The notes under the pieces were generated by a model. The model made no database searches. It was given only the letters and a program-made list of their open reading frames with translations, and was not told where the DNA came from. Below are positions 11,969-27,775 of a stretch of DNA of 64,000 bases, one piece after another (within the stretch, counting starts at the first letter, position 1; each line of letters opens with the position of its first letter). A program made the position numbers and the translations under genes. The DNA is taken from positions 49,827,847-49,891,846 of the forward strand of contig CP154954.1 of assembly GCA_039621445.1 (NCBI GenBank). Reading direction: 5' to 3'. Source of the DNA: Euglena gracilis (taxonomy: Eukaryota).

Positions 11969-13402
11969 CAGACCGCCATTTAGTGCGTATCACAACGTAT
12001 CTGTGATACATTAATTTTATTTTGGTGATACATAGGTGATACATTAAAAATTTTTGGTGATACATATGTGATACATTAAAAAAAAATTGGTGATACATTC
12101 GTGATACACAAATTTTCCTTGGTGAAACATATAATAAAAGTTGTGAAGCACAAATTTGTAAGATGAAAATTTTTCAGAAAAACGTAAGATGGCGCTCACC
12201 CGAGCTTGAGGAACTCAGGTTCCCATGGTGCTCCCGCCTCACTTCCGTGGCGCTGACCTGTCTGCCAAGACAGGTCCCTGCCATCTTTTTTTTTCATTTT
12301 TTGAGGCATGCACGGGGGGTCCCCGGCTGCCATATTTTTTTGTCTTTTTTGTCAACAACTTCTCAGCCGCTATTTTTCAATTTATTGGACGGGATAAGAG
12401 AAGAATGGAACGAAATCTTACACTGTGCTGGATGACGCTGCCAACTGACCCTTCACAGACGCCTCACCCCCGTGGAATTGCCATGCGTGCCATGTCTGCA
12501 ATTGTGATGAATCCAAAAGTTTTCTTGCTGTCAAATCCCTCCTTCCAGAGGGAACCTTCAAAACGTGCAAGACAGGATTCCGAGACAACAATTCCTCTAA
12601 CCATTGACAAGAATAACCCCCCCCCAAATAATACCCCCCGGGGTATATTTTTTTCGCCCGAAGTCCCGAGGAGGGGGTATTATTTGGGGAGGGGTATTGT
12701 TTCCCAAAAATTTTCGAAATTTTTCGAAGTCCTGTAAGACCCAAAATAGCACCCAAAAACCCCCTTTGGGGTCATTTTTTGTACTTTTGTACTTTTTCAT
12801 ATAATTCAGCATTTTTTTGGAGGCCAGATGATCGAATTTTTTCGTAATTTGTTGTCAGGATTGTTATTTTTACCCAACTTTTCAGGTCAAAATCCGGGTC
12901 GTCTGCCCGAGATTTGGGGGGGGGGGTATTAATTCGGTGGCCGAAGTCGGACCCCAAGGGAGGGGGTATTACATAGGGGGGAGGGTAGGGGGGCCAAGTT
13001 TGCATGTAAGGACGAGGGGGGCCAAGCGCTCGGGGGGGGGGAAGTAATCACTATAACCCCGACTACAGATTGGAAAAAGTTTTGCTGGGAGAATTAGCGA
13101 GTCGTAACTGAAACACATTGCCGAAAGCATTAGCACAAGAAAAATGTTCCATTTGTCTGCAGAGAGGCAAAGAAACAAGGATGAAAAGTGGAACAGAAAG
13201 GGGAAAAATTTTTGATGTGAAAATGGAAATTTTTATGCAAAAAATTGGTGATACATATGTGATACATTAAAATTTTATTGGTGATATATATGTGATACAT
13301 TAAAAAATTTTTGGTGATACATATGTGATACATTAATTTTTTGGCTGTGATACACGTGATACGTAAAAAAATTTTTGGTGATTCATACTAAATGGAGGTC
13401 TG
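11969..13402. mobile_element. hAT-like non-autonomous element with subterminal GTGATACA repeats and nested inserts
   Basis: TIR CAGACCGCCATTTAGT/ACTAAATGGAGGTCTG. Perfect TSD CTTTGGAC. GTGATACAT repeats at 12003-12110 and 13247-13365. Confidence 0.85.
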
Positions 13403-13619
13403 CTTTGGACATTTTGGTTACTTGGTAACCTTTTATCAGGGCAATAAACCTTTTCTCGCCAGGGTTTTGTTGCCATTATCAGCCATTTTGATGGATATTT
13501 TTTGACAAAACAAATTCACACAATTATTCGCAGAACTGATGGAACCAACAACGTATTTAAAAAGATCTTATCTGACGAGAACTGGTCCAAACACTGGACG
13601 AGGGGGGGAGGGAGGTATG

Positions 13620-14470
13620 CAGGGATCCTCACACGTCCGTGCTGGCCGAGGCCAAAATGTATCCGTGATTTTCCGTGAATTTCCGTGAATTTCCGTGAAT
13701 TTCCGTGAATTTCCTGTATCCGGAAAAGGTCAAAGGCCAGATTCCATTCTGCACTGGAGCCATATGGGCGGTTGTGGCAGCAGATTGTTTCTCCATAATA
13801 TAGTCCTGGAGATCCCCCAGTTCCTATTCACACCTGTATATGAAAATAAAAAACGTACAGGAGGGAAAAAACAACCTTTTGTCCTTGAATTTATTTCTTG
13901 ATTGCCCCTAAATGGGTTGCCAAAACCCTGTCAGCAGACCGATATAGCGATTGACCCTTCCGCATGCAGCCTAGGCGCGAAGGTGGAAAATCATAAAACC
14001 CAGATGCTCTCAACTTGTGTGTATTTTTGGAGAACACCTCTGATGCTCTCGAGGTCCAATTTTGTGACCGGGAGACCAGAATGGAGGAAAACGGCCACAA
14101 AATCATCTGTAATTGTCTGGGTGAGGTTTTGCTTAATTCAACGACTCCCGAAAATCCAACTGCTTCAGTGGGGTGTCCTGGCTAGGAAGAAAAATTATTA
14201 AAAAATTAATTAAAATTACAAAAAAATGAATTGGACGACATTGTCTGTTTGGAAAGGCAGAGAATAAGCAAAAAAAAGCATCCCATCAAAATGTGTCTGC
14301 GCAAACAAAACACATTCAAAAAAAGACCAAAATTTTTTTTCCGAACCCTCCTCCTCATCCGTGAATTTCCGTGATTTTCCGTGATTTCCGTGAAAATGGC
14401 CTTCCGCCCATTTCCGTGATCCTCCGTGAATTTCCGTGAATTTCCTTTTCAGGACGTGTGAGGATCCCTG
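13620..14470. mobile_element. CAGGGATCCTCACA-family element (second copy at 35429-36379)
   Basis: Perfect TIR CAGGGATCCTCACACGTCC/GGACGTGTGAGGATCCCTG. GGTATG duplicated. (TTCCGTGAAT)n subterminal repeats. Confidence 0.85.
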
Positions 14471-16294
14471 GGTATGACACCCTCTCCCACCCTCTCCACC
14501 AATCCCCGGAAGTAGATTAGGGTCCCTTCCGACTTGAAAAAACAATCCCTGCCTCCAACCTCTGACCAGGGGGTGGTCATACGCACCCTCTAACCTGCAA
14601 CATTTGACCAGGGGTACGGGGGTGGCCGGCGAGTCAGGGGGGGGGGGCTGCAAGCTTCTCCGGGGGGGGGGGGGGGGCGTTGACCACACATTCACTTTTT
14701 GTGAATGGCAAAAACCTTGAGCAGTCCCGAAGGATATGGGAACACTTTGGGGGGGGGGTCGCCCCCCCCCCCTCGAGTGCAAGGCCCCCGCAGAAAAATT
14801 TCGGTTTTGTGGATGGGCAAAGGGCCCGATGCCAAGATGAAATTGTTGGGAAATCCCTGAGTTTTCTTTGAAAACAAAACAAAATGCTTTGGATTTTTTT
14901 GGATTTTTTTTATTTTTTTTTAAAATAGAAAACACCAAAACATCAAAAAAAATGCGCAATATGCTGAAAACTGAGGGGAAACGACGTATTTTGTTCATTT
15001 TCTGGTGCGCAGTGCCGGAAGAAATTTTGTCACTATTTTGGCACCTGCCAAGGGGGTGGGGGTCCGGACACCCCCTTCCACCTTACCCCCAAGGGGTAAG
15101 GTGGAAGGGGAGGGGTCGGGACCCAACTACCTCAATAGTGATGGGGCTTCCCGTTTATCCCTGACAGTCCCCCTTATCTTACACACAGGAAAATGTGTAC
15201 AAAAATCACCTGGGCAGGCAGGGGTGTAAAGGGGAATGACCAAAAAAGCAACAACAACGACAAAGGGATCTCCTTCCATTTTTGGGGGGGTTCACTGGTA
15301 AACGTGAAAGGCATTCGGATGAACAAATCAACCATCATCAAATCCACATTCGGGTTTGCTGAAATATCCCAAATTTCAAAAAAAAATACGAATAATATCT
15401 CAAAAATTCATCATAAAAAATGCCATCTGTGCAGATCGTTTCTGGTGCTTTCCACGCAGCATTGGCTGCATCCCATGGAACCCGAAAATGATGCAGTTGA
15501 TGGATCAAAAGTGCACCACGCTGAAACAAATAAACCACGTTGTCAATGACTGTTTCTGTGAGACTTCACTGAAAAACTGGAAACTTTTACACAATGAAAC
15601 CACCCGTTTCTCCCAGCCAACCCTGAGGGTGGGGGGGGACGGGAAATGGTACGCTGTTCTCTAATGCCAAAGAGATGAGAGCCCCAGGAAGTTGGCTTCA
15701 CATAGAGGGGAGGCTAACCCCGAGTAAGGCCAATTTGGAGTACAGACGGGGTGCCAACTTCTTGGGTGAGTAAGGCTCCCTGAGGCTTTATACCCCCCCC
15801 CATCGACGGTCACCAACCTCCTGTCACTCTGACCGGGGGAGGGTCATTATTAGACAACGTTTTTTAAAACCCAATTGGAAAATGATCATTGGACAACAAG
15901 AAAATTGTCCAACCAAATCATGGAGAGACCTCTGAAAAAATGTCCAGGGATCACTCGAAATCAGGGAAGGAAAAGAGGGGTTCCCGTACGTTGGGGGAGT
16001 GGTCGGACCAGAAAGAAATGAATAAGCAATGACGCAGCGGAATCACTGCACAGTTCGCGAGAATCAGTCTTCTTTGGCCAAACAGAAATGTCAATTACGG
16101 GAAGCCAGGAGCTCCAGGCAGACAGCAGGAATACTTGGAGTGACATCGGGGCTGATATAGCTCCCAAGGAGACACGAGTCAGGCAGGAGACCACCAGTCA
16201 GCAAGGGCGATTCGCTGCCATTGCAGATGCCCTCAGCGACGTGCTCACTGACATCAAACAGAAGAGGATCGGAGAGGAGTTGTGCAGGCACAAC

Positions 16295-16710
16295 CAGGCT
16301 GGGGGGGGGGGGGTACTGGCTAGCAAATCGGCTAGACACTGGAAAAAGTGGACTAGCTAGACCCCCCTCCCCCCCCCCGGTGGGGGGGGGGTCCGGGGGT
16401 CCCCCGGACTGGAAAAAATTTTTCCTCCGGCGCGCAAAATGAGGTTTTTAACAGGTTTTTGGCTGGTTTTGTTCCAAAAATTGCCAAAAATGGCCAAAAA
16501 CGGGCATTTTGGGCCATTTTGGGGGTCCCCAAAAAAATTTCCGGCGCTTTGCGCCGGTCACTGGAAAAAAATTTCCACTAGCTAGCCCTGCTAGCAGACC
16601 CCCCCTGGGGGGGGAGGTCTGATGGAAAACCCACTAGCCAAATTTGGACTAGCTGCAGTCCAGCCCCCCCCCCCGGGGGGGGGCACTGCAATCCCTGAAG
16701 CAAAAGCCTG
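16295..16710. mobile_element. CAGGCTTTT-family MITE (same family as intron 48355-48776)
   Basis: Right end AAGCAAAAGCCTG. TSD GGCACAAC/GGCACATC. Shared interior motif gctagacactggaaaa. Confidence 0.8.
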
Positions 16711-16785
16711 GGCACATCCCCTCCCCGGAAACTGTCACGTTCCAGGTCCTCTGGTATCTGACCTGACCTGAAGATGGCACACACG

Positions 16786-18883
<2,098 letters not shown>

Positions 18884-21800
18884 GCAGACACACACACATA
18901 ATGCGCTTGCCAACATGACAAAAGTCACACATTCTCTGTGTCGGTTCTGGGGATTACAATTCTAAAAATGTGACCTGCGGTGGTCTTCTCTCCGTCCATC
19001 TCCATTTTTTTTCGTTTTTTGTGGAAAGATATTTTGCCATGGGGGGTGGGCCCCCCAAAAATGTGGTGGCCCGGTTGCACCCTGAACTTCCATTGTCTGA
19101 TTTGGAACAAAAACACAGGACCAGCAATCAATGTTCTGCTGCTCAAAACTGACCGGGGTGCGGAATAAGATGGGGCACCGAAGAGCGATGCCAGCCCGCC
19201 GCTGGCCCGGATAGCTCGACACCGATCGACGGCTGGGGGTCACAAGGCAGGCGCAGGGGGTCTGGCGTTGGCTGTCCCAATCGCCTCGCCTGCCGCCTGC
19301 CTGCCTCGGATCGCCCCGGCGGTGAGGGCGGCATTGCCGTGTGAGGAGGGGGTGGGGGTTGGAGGTTGGAGGGTTTTTGGGGAAGGGCGGGTCCATTACT
19401 GGGGACATCGTCGTTTGGCAGCGCCTGGCGACTCGGCCCATCCTGCCTGGCAAAGAAAGTAATATGACCATCCCTCCCCCAACCGAAGCATGGGTGCACT
19501 CATAGCAGATAGCCGCCTCTCCACTTGGACCCTGCAAATGCTATTTTGATGATTTTCTTTTGAATAACCATCAAAGAGTTGCGCTTGCAGGGACAGCCAC
19601 TATTGGCGGGGGGGGGGTCCTTTTATTTTAGCCCGCGCTTGTAGCGGGCCCCATGCCCAGTGCATATCATGCCCCCACCCCTGTGGTGAGGGACTGGCAA
19701 TCATTTGGAGACAATTGGTTATGACATTCACGGGAATACAGTTGGTGACACCCGAGACGAAGGCAAATCGCGGGCCAAGCGGGTCAAGAGTTTCCCCTGA
19801 ATTTTGGTTGCCTCCCCCGAAGGTTGAACAACCCTTCGGGAGATACCGCGACCTGGGGCTGGGGCTGCTGACTGACTGACTGACTGGCGCTGGCAAACCA
19901 AAGCCCAGGGTTATGCAGAGTGATTCTTGGAAGGGAGGGAAACTTGGTAAACAAAACGGAAATGATTGGTTTTTTTTTCTACAATTGATGCAGCCAGTGC
20001 CATTGTCGGGGCGTCATTTAACAACACCCCAGGGGGTCCAGGTCAGAGGCTGGAAAATTTGGGCTGGCTGGCTAACCCCGCCCCCACAGAGGCCAGGCTG
20101 GAACTGGGCCCGACCCCGGGGTTGGGCAAAAATGTCCCAAAATTATTTGATTCTTGGGGTATTCTAGGGGTGGGTTTTTGTTCTGTAACTCCCCCCTGTC
20201 TAAGATCCCCCCTAGACTTACCCATCTCACTATTCTTTTATTAGATTTTCTTTGAAAATCTTGGTATTACAGGAACTTCTTTCCACCTTTTCCAATTCTT
20301 AGGCGAAATAGGTATCCATAACCTTTCGACACTCCCCCCCTATGTTCGTTATTTTTGTGGTTGATATTAGTAATCCCATCCTGATAATTGGTGTTGGGCC
20401 CAATTTGACCTACTTGACCAGGGGATAACTTATGTTAATAAGGTCTTGTTGCAAAATTTCACAAAAGGGTTTCGAAGCACAATTTTGGCATTTCTGTTTC
20501 AGCCAAAGCACCAAGAACCAAACAAGGCTTAGCCATTGGATGTTTCTGGATACACAATTGAACAGAGGCCAGGGCGTATTTTTAGAAAATTTGACCCTCC
20601 AGGGGGTCCAGCCAGTTTGCAGGCTTTTTCCAGCCCCGGACCCCCCACCCCTCAGCGACTTTTTCATTATTTATTTCCAGCCGCCCTTCGCAGCTGGATG
20701 GTGACGGATTTTTTGCTTTCGGGGGTGCTGAATGAAAACAAAATGCGGCGGCCTGACACACGATGTGTGTGACCCGAGAATCTGGCCCGGAGTGTTTGGG
20801 GGAATCCTTTTTTCAGGGTCGCGAGCTCCCTCAAATTGCAGCACGCCATTCCTGTGCAACCCAAAAGTGCAAGGTTGGCAAGATGTGCTTTCACACCGGT
20901 CCCAGGATGGCGCTGAGGACATTGATGCACTGGCCGGAATGTATATACGCCCAGCTGTGGACATACACGGATATTGAAATAGGGGCACAATAACACACCT
21001 GGGGGGCAATCAATTTGAGGGGAATTATTCATAAAACAAACACCAACACACATTTATATGTGCCAGAGAAGAGTTCCGAAAGTTCCTTCGTTGCTTGGAC
21101 GTCGGGGGAAACGGCCTGGGTGTGGCCCTGCTTCAATATTGGGCTGGGGTCGGGGTCGGGTTTGGGGTGGGGGTTGGCCATGGGACGCTGTGTCCCTTTG
21201 GGTTTGGAAACGCGCAACCGAGAGCCAACCAAAGACAATTTTTTTCTTTGGTTGGAATTTGGCGGCTGCGGCAGCCAACTATAAACCCCCCCACTTATAA
21301 ACCCCGCGGGGTTTTTAGGATCCGGTTTGGTCAGCCGAAGGGGGGGCGGGGTTTATAGGTCCCGGAATTGTTGGTGAAAATCTGACCCCCCTAAAATGAC
21401 CCCAAAAAACCCCCGAAATTGGGCCTTTTGGTTGGCACCCACCTCCCACAGACCAACCTCCCGTGACATCCACCCATATAAAGACAGGTGGGGGGGGGGT
21501 CCGGACCCCCCCTGCGGGCCAGACCTAAACCATGTACGCCCTCCTTATATCAAACCCTGCCCCCCCCCCAAGCACCACCCCAAAACAGGAAAAAAAACTT
21601 CCCATCAAAGTGATTTCAATGAAAAAAAATATAATGAAAATTGACAGGAAATCGGCCATATTTTGACAAAAATGTGTTGACTCTGGCGTCCTTGGACCAC
21701 TTCCATCCACCTAAAACGTCAAAAATGTGTTTTCCGACATTTTTTTTTGTTTAGCTCAAATTCAAGCCCCAGTTTGGCCATTGGCCGTCCCAGAAGGCCC

Positions 21801-23617
21801 TTGAGGGGCGGCCCAGAAGGGGGGGGGACTTCCTGTCCCTTATGGACCGCCCTGCCCCAAAGGGCCTTACAAAGAAAAAGGCGAAGAAGAAGAGAGCCAA
21901 ACGGGGGGTTCGTCCTGCACAATTTGTCCCTTTTGCTGGCTGAATCAATTGTGACTGGTGGGAAGTTGGGGCCCTTTCTGCATCGTTTTGGAATGAGGCA
22001 CTCCCCCAGTCACACAGGCTTATATCTAAGGCAGGGGAGGGACCAGCAGACAGGTAAGAGGTCCCGGCCACCCGCAGCAGCCTGCGGCGCTGCATTCCGT
22101 GCCAGACGGAACGTCGGGTGAGCCGGGGCCTTCTGAGGAGCAGACCTTTTGTCCCACCCACTCCCGGGGGCAGAGGCCACTTCCACCTTCCTGAAAATCA
22201 GTCAGCCTCTTTTTTTTTTGGAAAACCAATCACTCCAAGACTGGGGTCGACTCTGGGATCCAGGACAATTGAATGTGAAGGGAATGGCCCAAAACCATCC
22301 GGCCATCAGAGCTGGCCCTCCCCCCAGGGGGAGCGGGAACTTTGGGCCAAAAACAATCTGTGAAAAAAAAAAGAAACCCAGGACTGCCACCCGTTGGGAA
22401 ACTGGTTCCTTTCAAATCTCGCCACCGGATCCCAGTAGTGGCACAACCATCCGGTTGGAAGTTGGGAGTTCTTGACCTGGATCATCACCCTGGGCCAGTC
22501 ATCGTTGCAGTGTGATCCCCAGGCGTCGCTTGACAATCCCGCCTTCTTCCGGTGCCTTCGGTGCCGGAGTGGCCAGGCACTGTTGGCCATTAGCCCTCCC
22601 GCCCCACCTCTAGGGCGTCAAATGAGTGGGGGGAGGGGGAGATCTGGACCCCCCCCTTCCCCTGGGGAAAACCCGGGCACAAAGCGCTGGAAACCTTTTT
22701 GAGGGCAAGAGGCCCAAAACTTGCGGCTTCAGTTGATTTCTTGGGGGAAACAAACTGACGATGAAACAGAATTTTCTGGTGCAAAAGCGCCAGGAAAACA
22801 AGATTTTTTTAAATTTGGTTCCAGGGGGTCCCCAGGGATGGATGGGAAGCCTTGAGGGCGGGGGGGTCGGACCCTCCCAACACGGGTGGGGGGGGGTCAG
22901 ACTGCTCCCCTACCTCGAAACTGAAGGGGGCTGGGAAAATTTTCGGTTTTACCCAAATAAAAGGCCAAAAATGGTGAAAAATCTCTGATTTTTCTTTGAA
23001 AATAACCAAACAGGACAATGTTTTGAATTTTTTGAATTTTTTTTTCTGTGAAAAAAAACCAAAACCAAATCAAAAAAAAATGCAGTGTGTTAAAAAGGGA
23101 CAAAAAAAAACGGAGGAAACAAGGGATTTTCGCTGAACCTGCTGAGGAGGGGGGGGATCCGGACCCCCCTTTCCTGCGACCGAACCCCCCTAGGGAAGGG
23201 CCGGACTCTGCCACCACCTGCATCAAAACCGAAGTGCTTCCCTTTTCTATCCATGGGGTCCGATCCATGGCGTCGCAATAAAATTCAGCCTGTTGAGCGC
23301 AACGTGCATCACTTCTGGCATCCATGCCAGACCACAGAGTTGGACGGGGGAGCAGAAGCGCCGAATCCAGCCAGTCACGGGGGGGGGGGGGACCACTTCA
23401 CCCTAAAGGTGGAGAAATACCAGCAATATGGTACGGTGCAGAATACTGTTGGTGACTGGATAATTCCACACATCCTTTAAGTGGAGGGGACCCGAACTGT
23501 ATTGTGAAGAAAAGCCTCAAGCAACACCAAGGCCCAGCCTCAAGCAACAGCACGGGCAATGCAAAAAGGCAGAGTGTTCCGGCCCGTCGGCGTGCATCAA
23601 TTTAGAGTGTGTGCCAC

Positions 23618-26600
23618 TCAGCAGGCGACCAGGTTCAGGTCCCAGAAGATGTCCACCAAAGCACTGTCCAGCCCCAGCACCGAGTGCAGGAACTGCTGGG
23701 CCACGCTGACCGTCGGCGCCTCGCGCGACTGCTCCTCCGCCGTGTCCTCCCCGGCCGCAGCCACCTCACTGGGGGGCTGCCACCAGCACTGCTGTCCCGG
23801 GAGGGCAGAGGGGCGGACCCTGGTTGTCTTGCCCTTGCGGAGTGGTGTCTATATTACCCAAAAAATCACTCACCTGGTTGCCCCCCCACTTGTCCTTGAC
23901 ACACCACAGTACGATAAAAATGTGGTTGAAACGGAGAAGAGGCTAGGTAAAGCTCAGGTAACCAGCCTCCAGGGAGGCTCCCCTCCAGGGAGCCTCCAGG
24001 GAGGCTCAGGTAACCAGCATCCGGAGCCTCCCCGGAGGGAGGCTCAGGGAGGCTCCAGGGAGGTTCAGGTAACCAGTTTTGTACACACGCCGACAGTGGG
24101 ACAGGATGCAATGCCTGGTGCGTACTTCCCACATTTGTTTGTTCTGCTGCTCACTGATGGGATGACCCTTTCGCGTGGTAAGGCAACGGTGAACAGCGGC
24201 ATCCCCCCCTACCTATCGTGTATCTGCTCGTACCTGTACAGGTACACGCAGGTCCTGGGGGGGGGTAGTACCTGTTTAGACAGACGGGAGTCAGGGCGCA
24301 GAGGGCGCACACGAGGGAAATCGAGCGCAGCGCTGCCCGCCAGCCGCGGGGCTCCTCGGCCCGCTGGCCCAGCGTCCTCCGCATACACTCCGCGAACCGC
24401 TCGAACTCCGCCGCCAGGTCCGCCTCCGCCGCCGCGGGGCCCATGGGGGTCGGCGGCGCCGCGACGGCCGGGGCGGGGGCGACGGCCGGCCCTGCCTGGT
24501 CGGCCGCGGGGGACACCGTGGCGGGGCACGGCCCCGACCGCCGTGCCCAGACCACGGAGGCTGCTGCCATACTGCATGGTCACCCGCGGCACCCAACAGC
24601 AGAGGGGAGGAGGGGAGGAGAAGGGCCCTGGGCGGGGTGCAGCTTGTTGCACTTGGCGCCGAACTTGCACTGGCCGGACATGGCCCGACCATTGCTTCAC
24701 GGCCCCGGGGAGACCACACTTTCTCTTTAAAAATTAAATTAATGTTTCTGATCACCCTGATAACCTGGGAGGAGTCCCAGTTTTTCTTTGGCGACTTTGG
24801 CAGGGGTCATTTTCAGGGGAGCCTCCAAGAGGGAACAGAACCGAAAAATTCAAGTAGTCACCCCTCAAAATAAGCAATGGTATGGTCATGGCCCACACCT
24901 CGCACATCTCCCGCCCGGCCTGCGCCTCCACCGCCTCCGACAGCTGCTGGTACGCCGTGAGGTCCGGGTGGACGAAGCGGCACTGGGTCCACTGCGGCCG
25001 GCGGAGAAGACTCTGGAAGAAATCAATTGAAATTACGGCACCACTTGGGCAGGAAGCAGAGTGGAACACAACCCCGAAAAACGGAAGCACAAAAGACCAG
25101 AATTCAATTTATGGGTTTCAAGGTATGCAATTCTCTGAATATAGATATTGGAATTGTTCACCTCTTCCAGATTAAAATTGTTGTTAAACATCATTTGCCG
25201 TGCATTTTTGTACAATCATTCGCATTTCTGAACTTTTTTTTATATTTCTGAGCAAAATTTTTAAAAAAAAAACGCAGCACAAAAAAGGGCAGTCAAATCG
25301 TGCACAACGGCACGAATGTCTTTGTACTTCATTTTCGAACCCTCAAGGGAGTGACAATTATTTGTGAAGTGTGCACCCTTTGGGCACTGCGCATTTAAAT
25401 GGAGGTGTGCTACCCCCCCCCTGGTTGTCGTTGACGCAGCGTGTCGGTGACACACACACACACATACACACACACACACACGCACGCACGCACGCACACG
25501 CACGCACGCACGCACGCACACACACCGTGGACGGCACAATTGGCCTCCACAACTGTACCTTTGAACCACTCACATTGCACCAAATCACCAAATTCATAGG
25601 GGAAAACATTCAAATGAAGATCCGACACAATTTTGAAATGTCTTGGTTGAATTTCCTTAGAAACCGAGGCCAACGCAAAGAAAAAACTTATGTTCCAGAA
25701 AAGTGCTGTTGACACGCGGGGGTCAACAACATGCTGTGTCAAGCACAACGGGGGGGGGGTACAACAAACCATGTGGTTTTTTTTGACTTTCATTGCACAA
25801 AACAGCAAATGAATTCAATAAAAATTCAATAAATACAATAGAATTTTGAGGTACTTTGCGGAATTTTGTAAGATGCTGTGTGAGATTTGCAGAATTATGT
25901 AGAATCTTGCCTGATCCAAAAGAAAAATCATTTTATGAACAACGGGGCAAATTGCATGGGACAAAATCGACTTTATTTGACATTGTTGTCCACTGCAAGC
26001 CTTTTTTTTTTGGCTCATTGTCAGCAACTTTGGGCTGTTTCTGCGCATTTTTGTCCATTTTGGTCAAATGTCAATCATTTTCCACCATCATTGGGTAATT
26101 ATCGGCCATTTCGGCAATTTTGGGGGAATCGGGGGATTTTGGGGGAAAATTCATTCAATCGTTCATTCAACAGGTGGGCCCTTGGGGCCCACCTTGTTGC
26201 AGACATTTCAGGAACTCACCAGTTTGCACTTCGCCCTAATCATCCTTTGCCAGCACCTATCATCCTCATTTGACTGCAGCATGCCAGCCTTGTTGCCCAA
26301 CACCAGCCACCTGTTCTCCAAATACACGGACTTTTTCATCAGGAATAAAACAGGTGAGATGAATCTGCTAATGACAGATGGGAGGGTGGTGATAGAGATG
26401 AAAGGGCAAGGAAGAGATTTGGTGTCACCCTGTCGCCTCTTGTCCATGCTTTGATGCTTTCCTCCCCCTTTGTGGGAATTAATCTTTGATGGACAAGCCA
26501 AACACGGTACATGGGAGAAAATTTCATTCATAATTGCTGGTGGGTTTTTCGTGCCCATTTGCCCCCCCCACACCAACCACACATGCCGGGACGGCGGCCG

Positions 26601-26737
26601 CTGCCGGGCGCAGGGCGGTCCCGTGCACACTTGCCCTTCAGGAAGTCGAGGCAGACGTTCAGCCTCGCGTCCGCCTTGGCCTTGCGGCCCCGCTTGCGCG
26701 GGGGCAGCGCTGCCGGGGGGCCAGGGGCCGGGACCAT
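23618..26737 (-). CDS. Tandem CCCH zinc-finger protein, paralog 3
   Basis: Exons ~26737-26605, ~25002-24888, 24679-~24620, ~24570-24329 (..DLAAEFERFAECMRRTL..) and ~23800-23618 (..QQFLHSVLGLDSALVDIFWDLNLVAC*). Has an extra intron inside the second zinc finger. Confidence 0.8.
24680..24887 (-). other. Nonconventional intron unique to paralog 3, inside zinc finger 2
   Basis: Element 24685-24884 has the 10-bp perfect inverted repeat ACCATTGCTT/AAGCAATGGT. Flanking sense duplication GCCATGAC/GCCATGTC (7/8). The other four copies are uninterrupted here. Confidence 0.85.
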
Positions 26738-26745
26738 TGGTCGGG

Positions 26746-26765
26746 CTGGAAGCCAAAGGCAGGGC
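26746..26765 (-). promoter_or_regulatory. Candidate spliced-leader trans-splice acceptor (pyrimidine tract + CAG) upstream of the ATG
   Basis: ctgcctttggcttcCAG|cccgaccaATG. Equivalent Py-CAG sites at 929-931, 11513-11515, 40550-40552 and 51867-51869. Confidence 0.45.
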
Positions 26766-27775
26766 GACGCCGGAGGAGGCTCCGGGGCGCTCGAGGAGGA
26801 TCTCTCGAGCCTCCTCGGCCGCGTTCGAGGCACGTCTGAGGCGGCTCGAGGGCATCCCTGAGCATACTTGGTGGGGGGAATGTGCAACAATGCACCTCAA
26901 AACGGGGCAAGAAGGCAAAGATGCAAACACATGCAAAATGCATGCAAGTTCCTTTCAGAGCTTTCTGCACGTTTCTACTGCAGAGGACTTGGAAAAATTT
27001 CATTGTCTGCTGGTGGAGTAATTTGCCTGTGCAAATGCCCGAGGAAAAAAAACCAGGAAGGCAAAATGTGCAAAAAAACAACGAAAATGCGACTTACAAT
27101 ACTCATTTTGCAAAAAAAATGAAAATTCTGAGATTTTGAACTATTCAAAAAATTTGAATTATTCACTGCAACTTCCCCCCTGTACCTATGCTGCAGAAAA
27201 AAAATTTCTTAAACCAATTTCCCATGTCTGCAACTCCTTTTGTTGCCCATGTCCTCTTGTGCCCAACTGTTCGGGGGGCGGGGAGGAGGGGCCAGACACC
27301 CTCAACCTCTACCTCGTACCCTTCTCATACCGAACTTGGAGGTGCAGCAATGGTGTAACACAGACCCTTTGCCAAAAAGTTGCAGAACAAGCTTCCGGAT
27401 GCACCACGGCACCACTGGGGATGTGAGGGAGGCAGAAATGGCACACCAGTGTGTAAACCCCCCCCCAAATAACACACCCCCCCAAATAACACCCCCCCCA
27501 AATAACACACCCCCCCTCGGGGGCCGATATCGAGCGCCCAAATAACACACCCCCCCTGTTTTCCTTTGGTTTTCCATGTAAAAATAACACCCCCCCCAAA
27601 TAACACACCCCCCCCTGGGGCCCCAGTTCGGGTGCCCAAATAACACACCGGGGGGGTGTGTTATTTGGGGGGGGGGTTTACCTTCTCATCTGTTGCTGAT
27701 TGGGGTTTCTTTTTTTATATATACATATCAACCTCCTGAAACCGTTGGTGAACTCGTGTAGAAATCACTTGGAAA

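Noticed and set aside
23559-24737. 392-aa plus-strand ORF and similar plus-strand ORFs over the paralogs
   Set aside because: Antisense shadows of GC-rich minus-strand exons.
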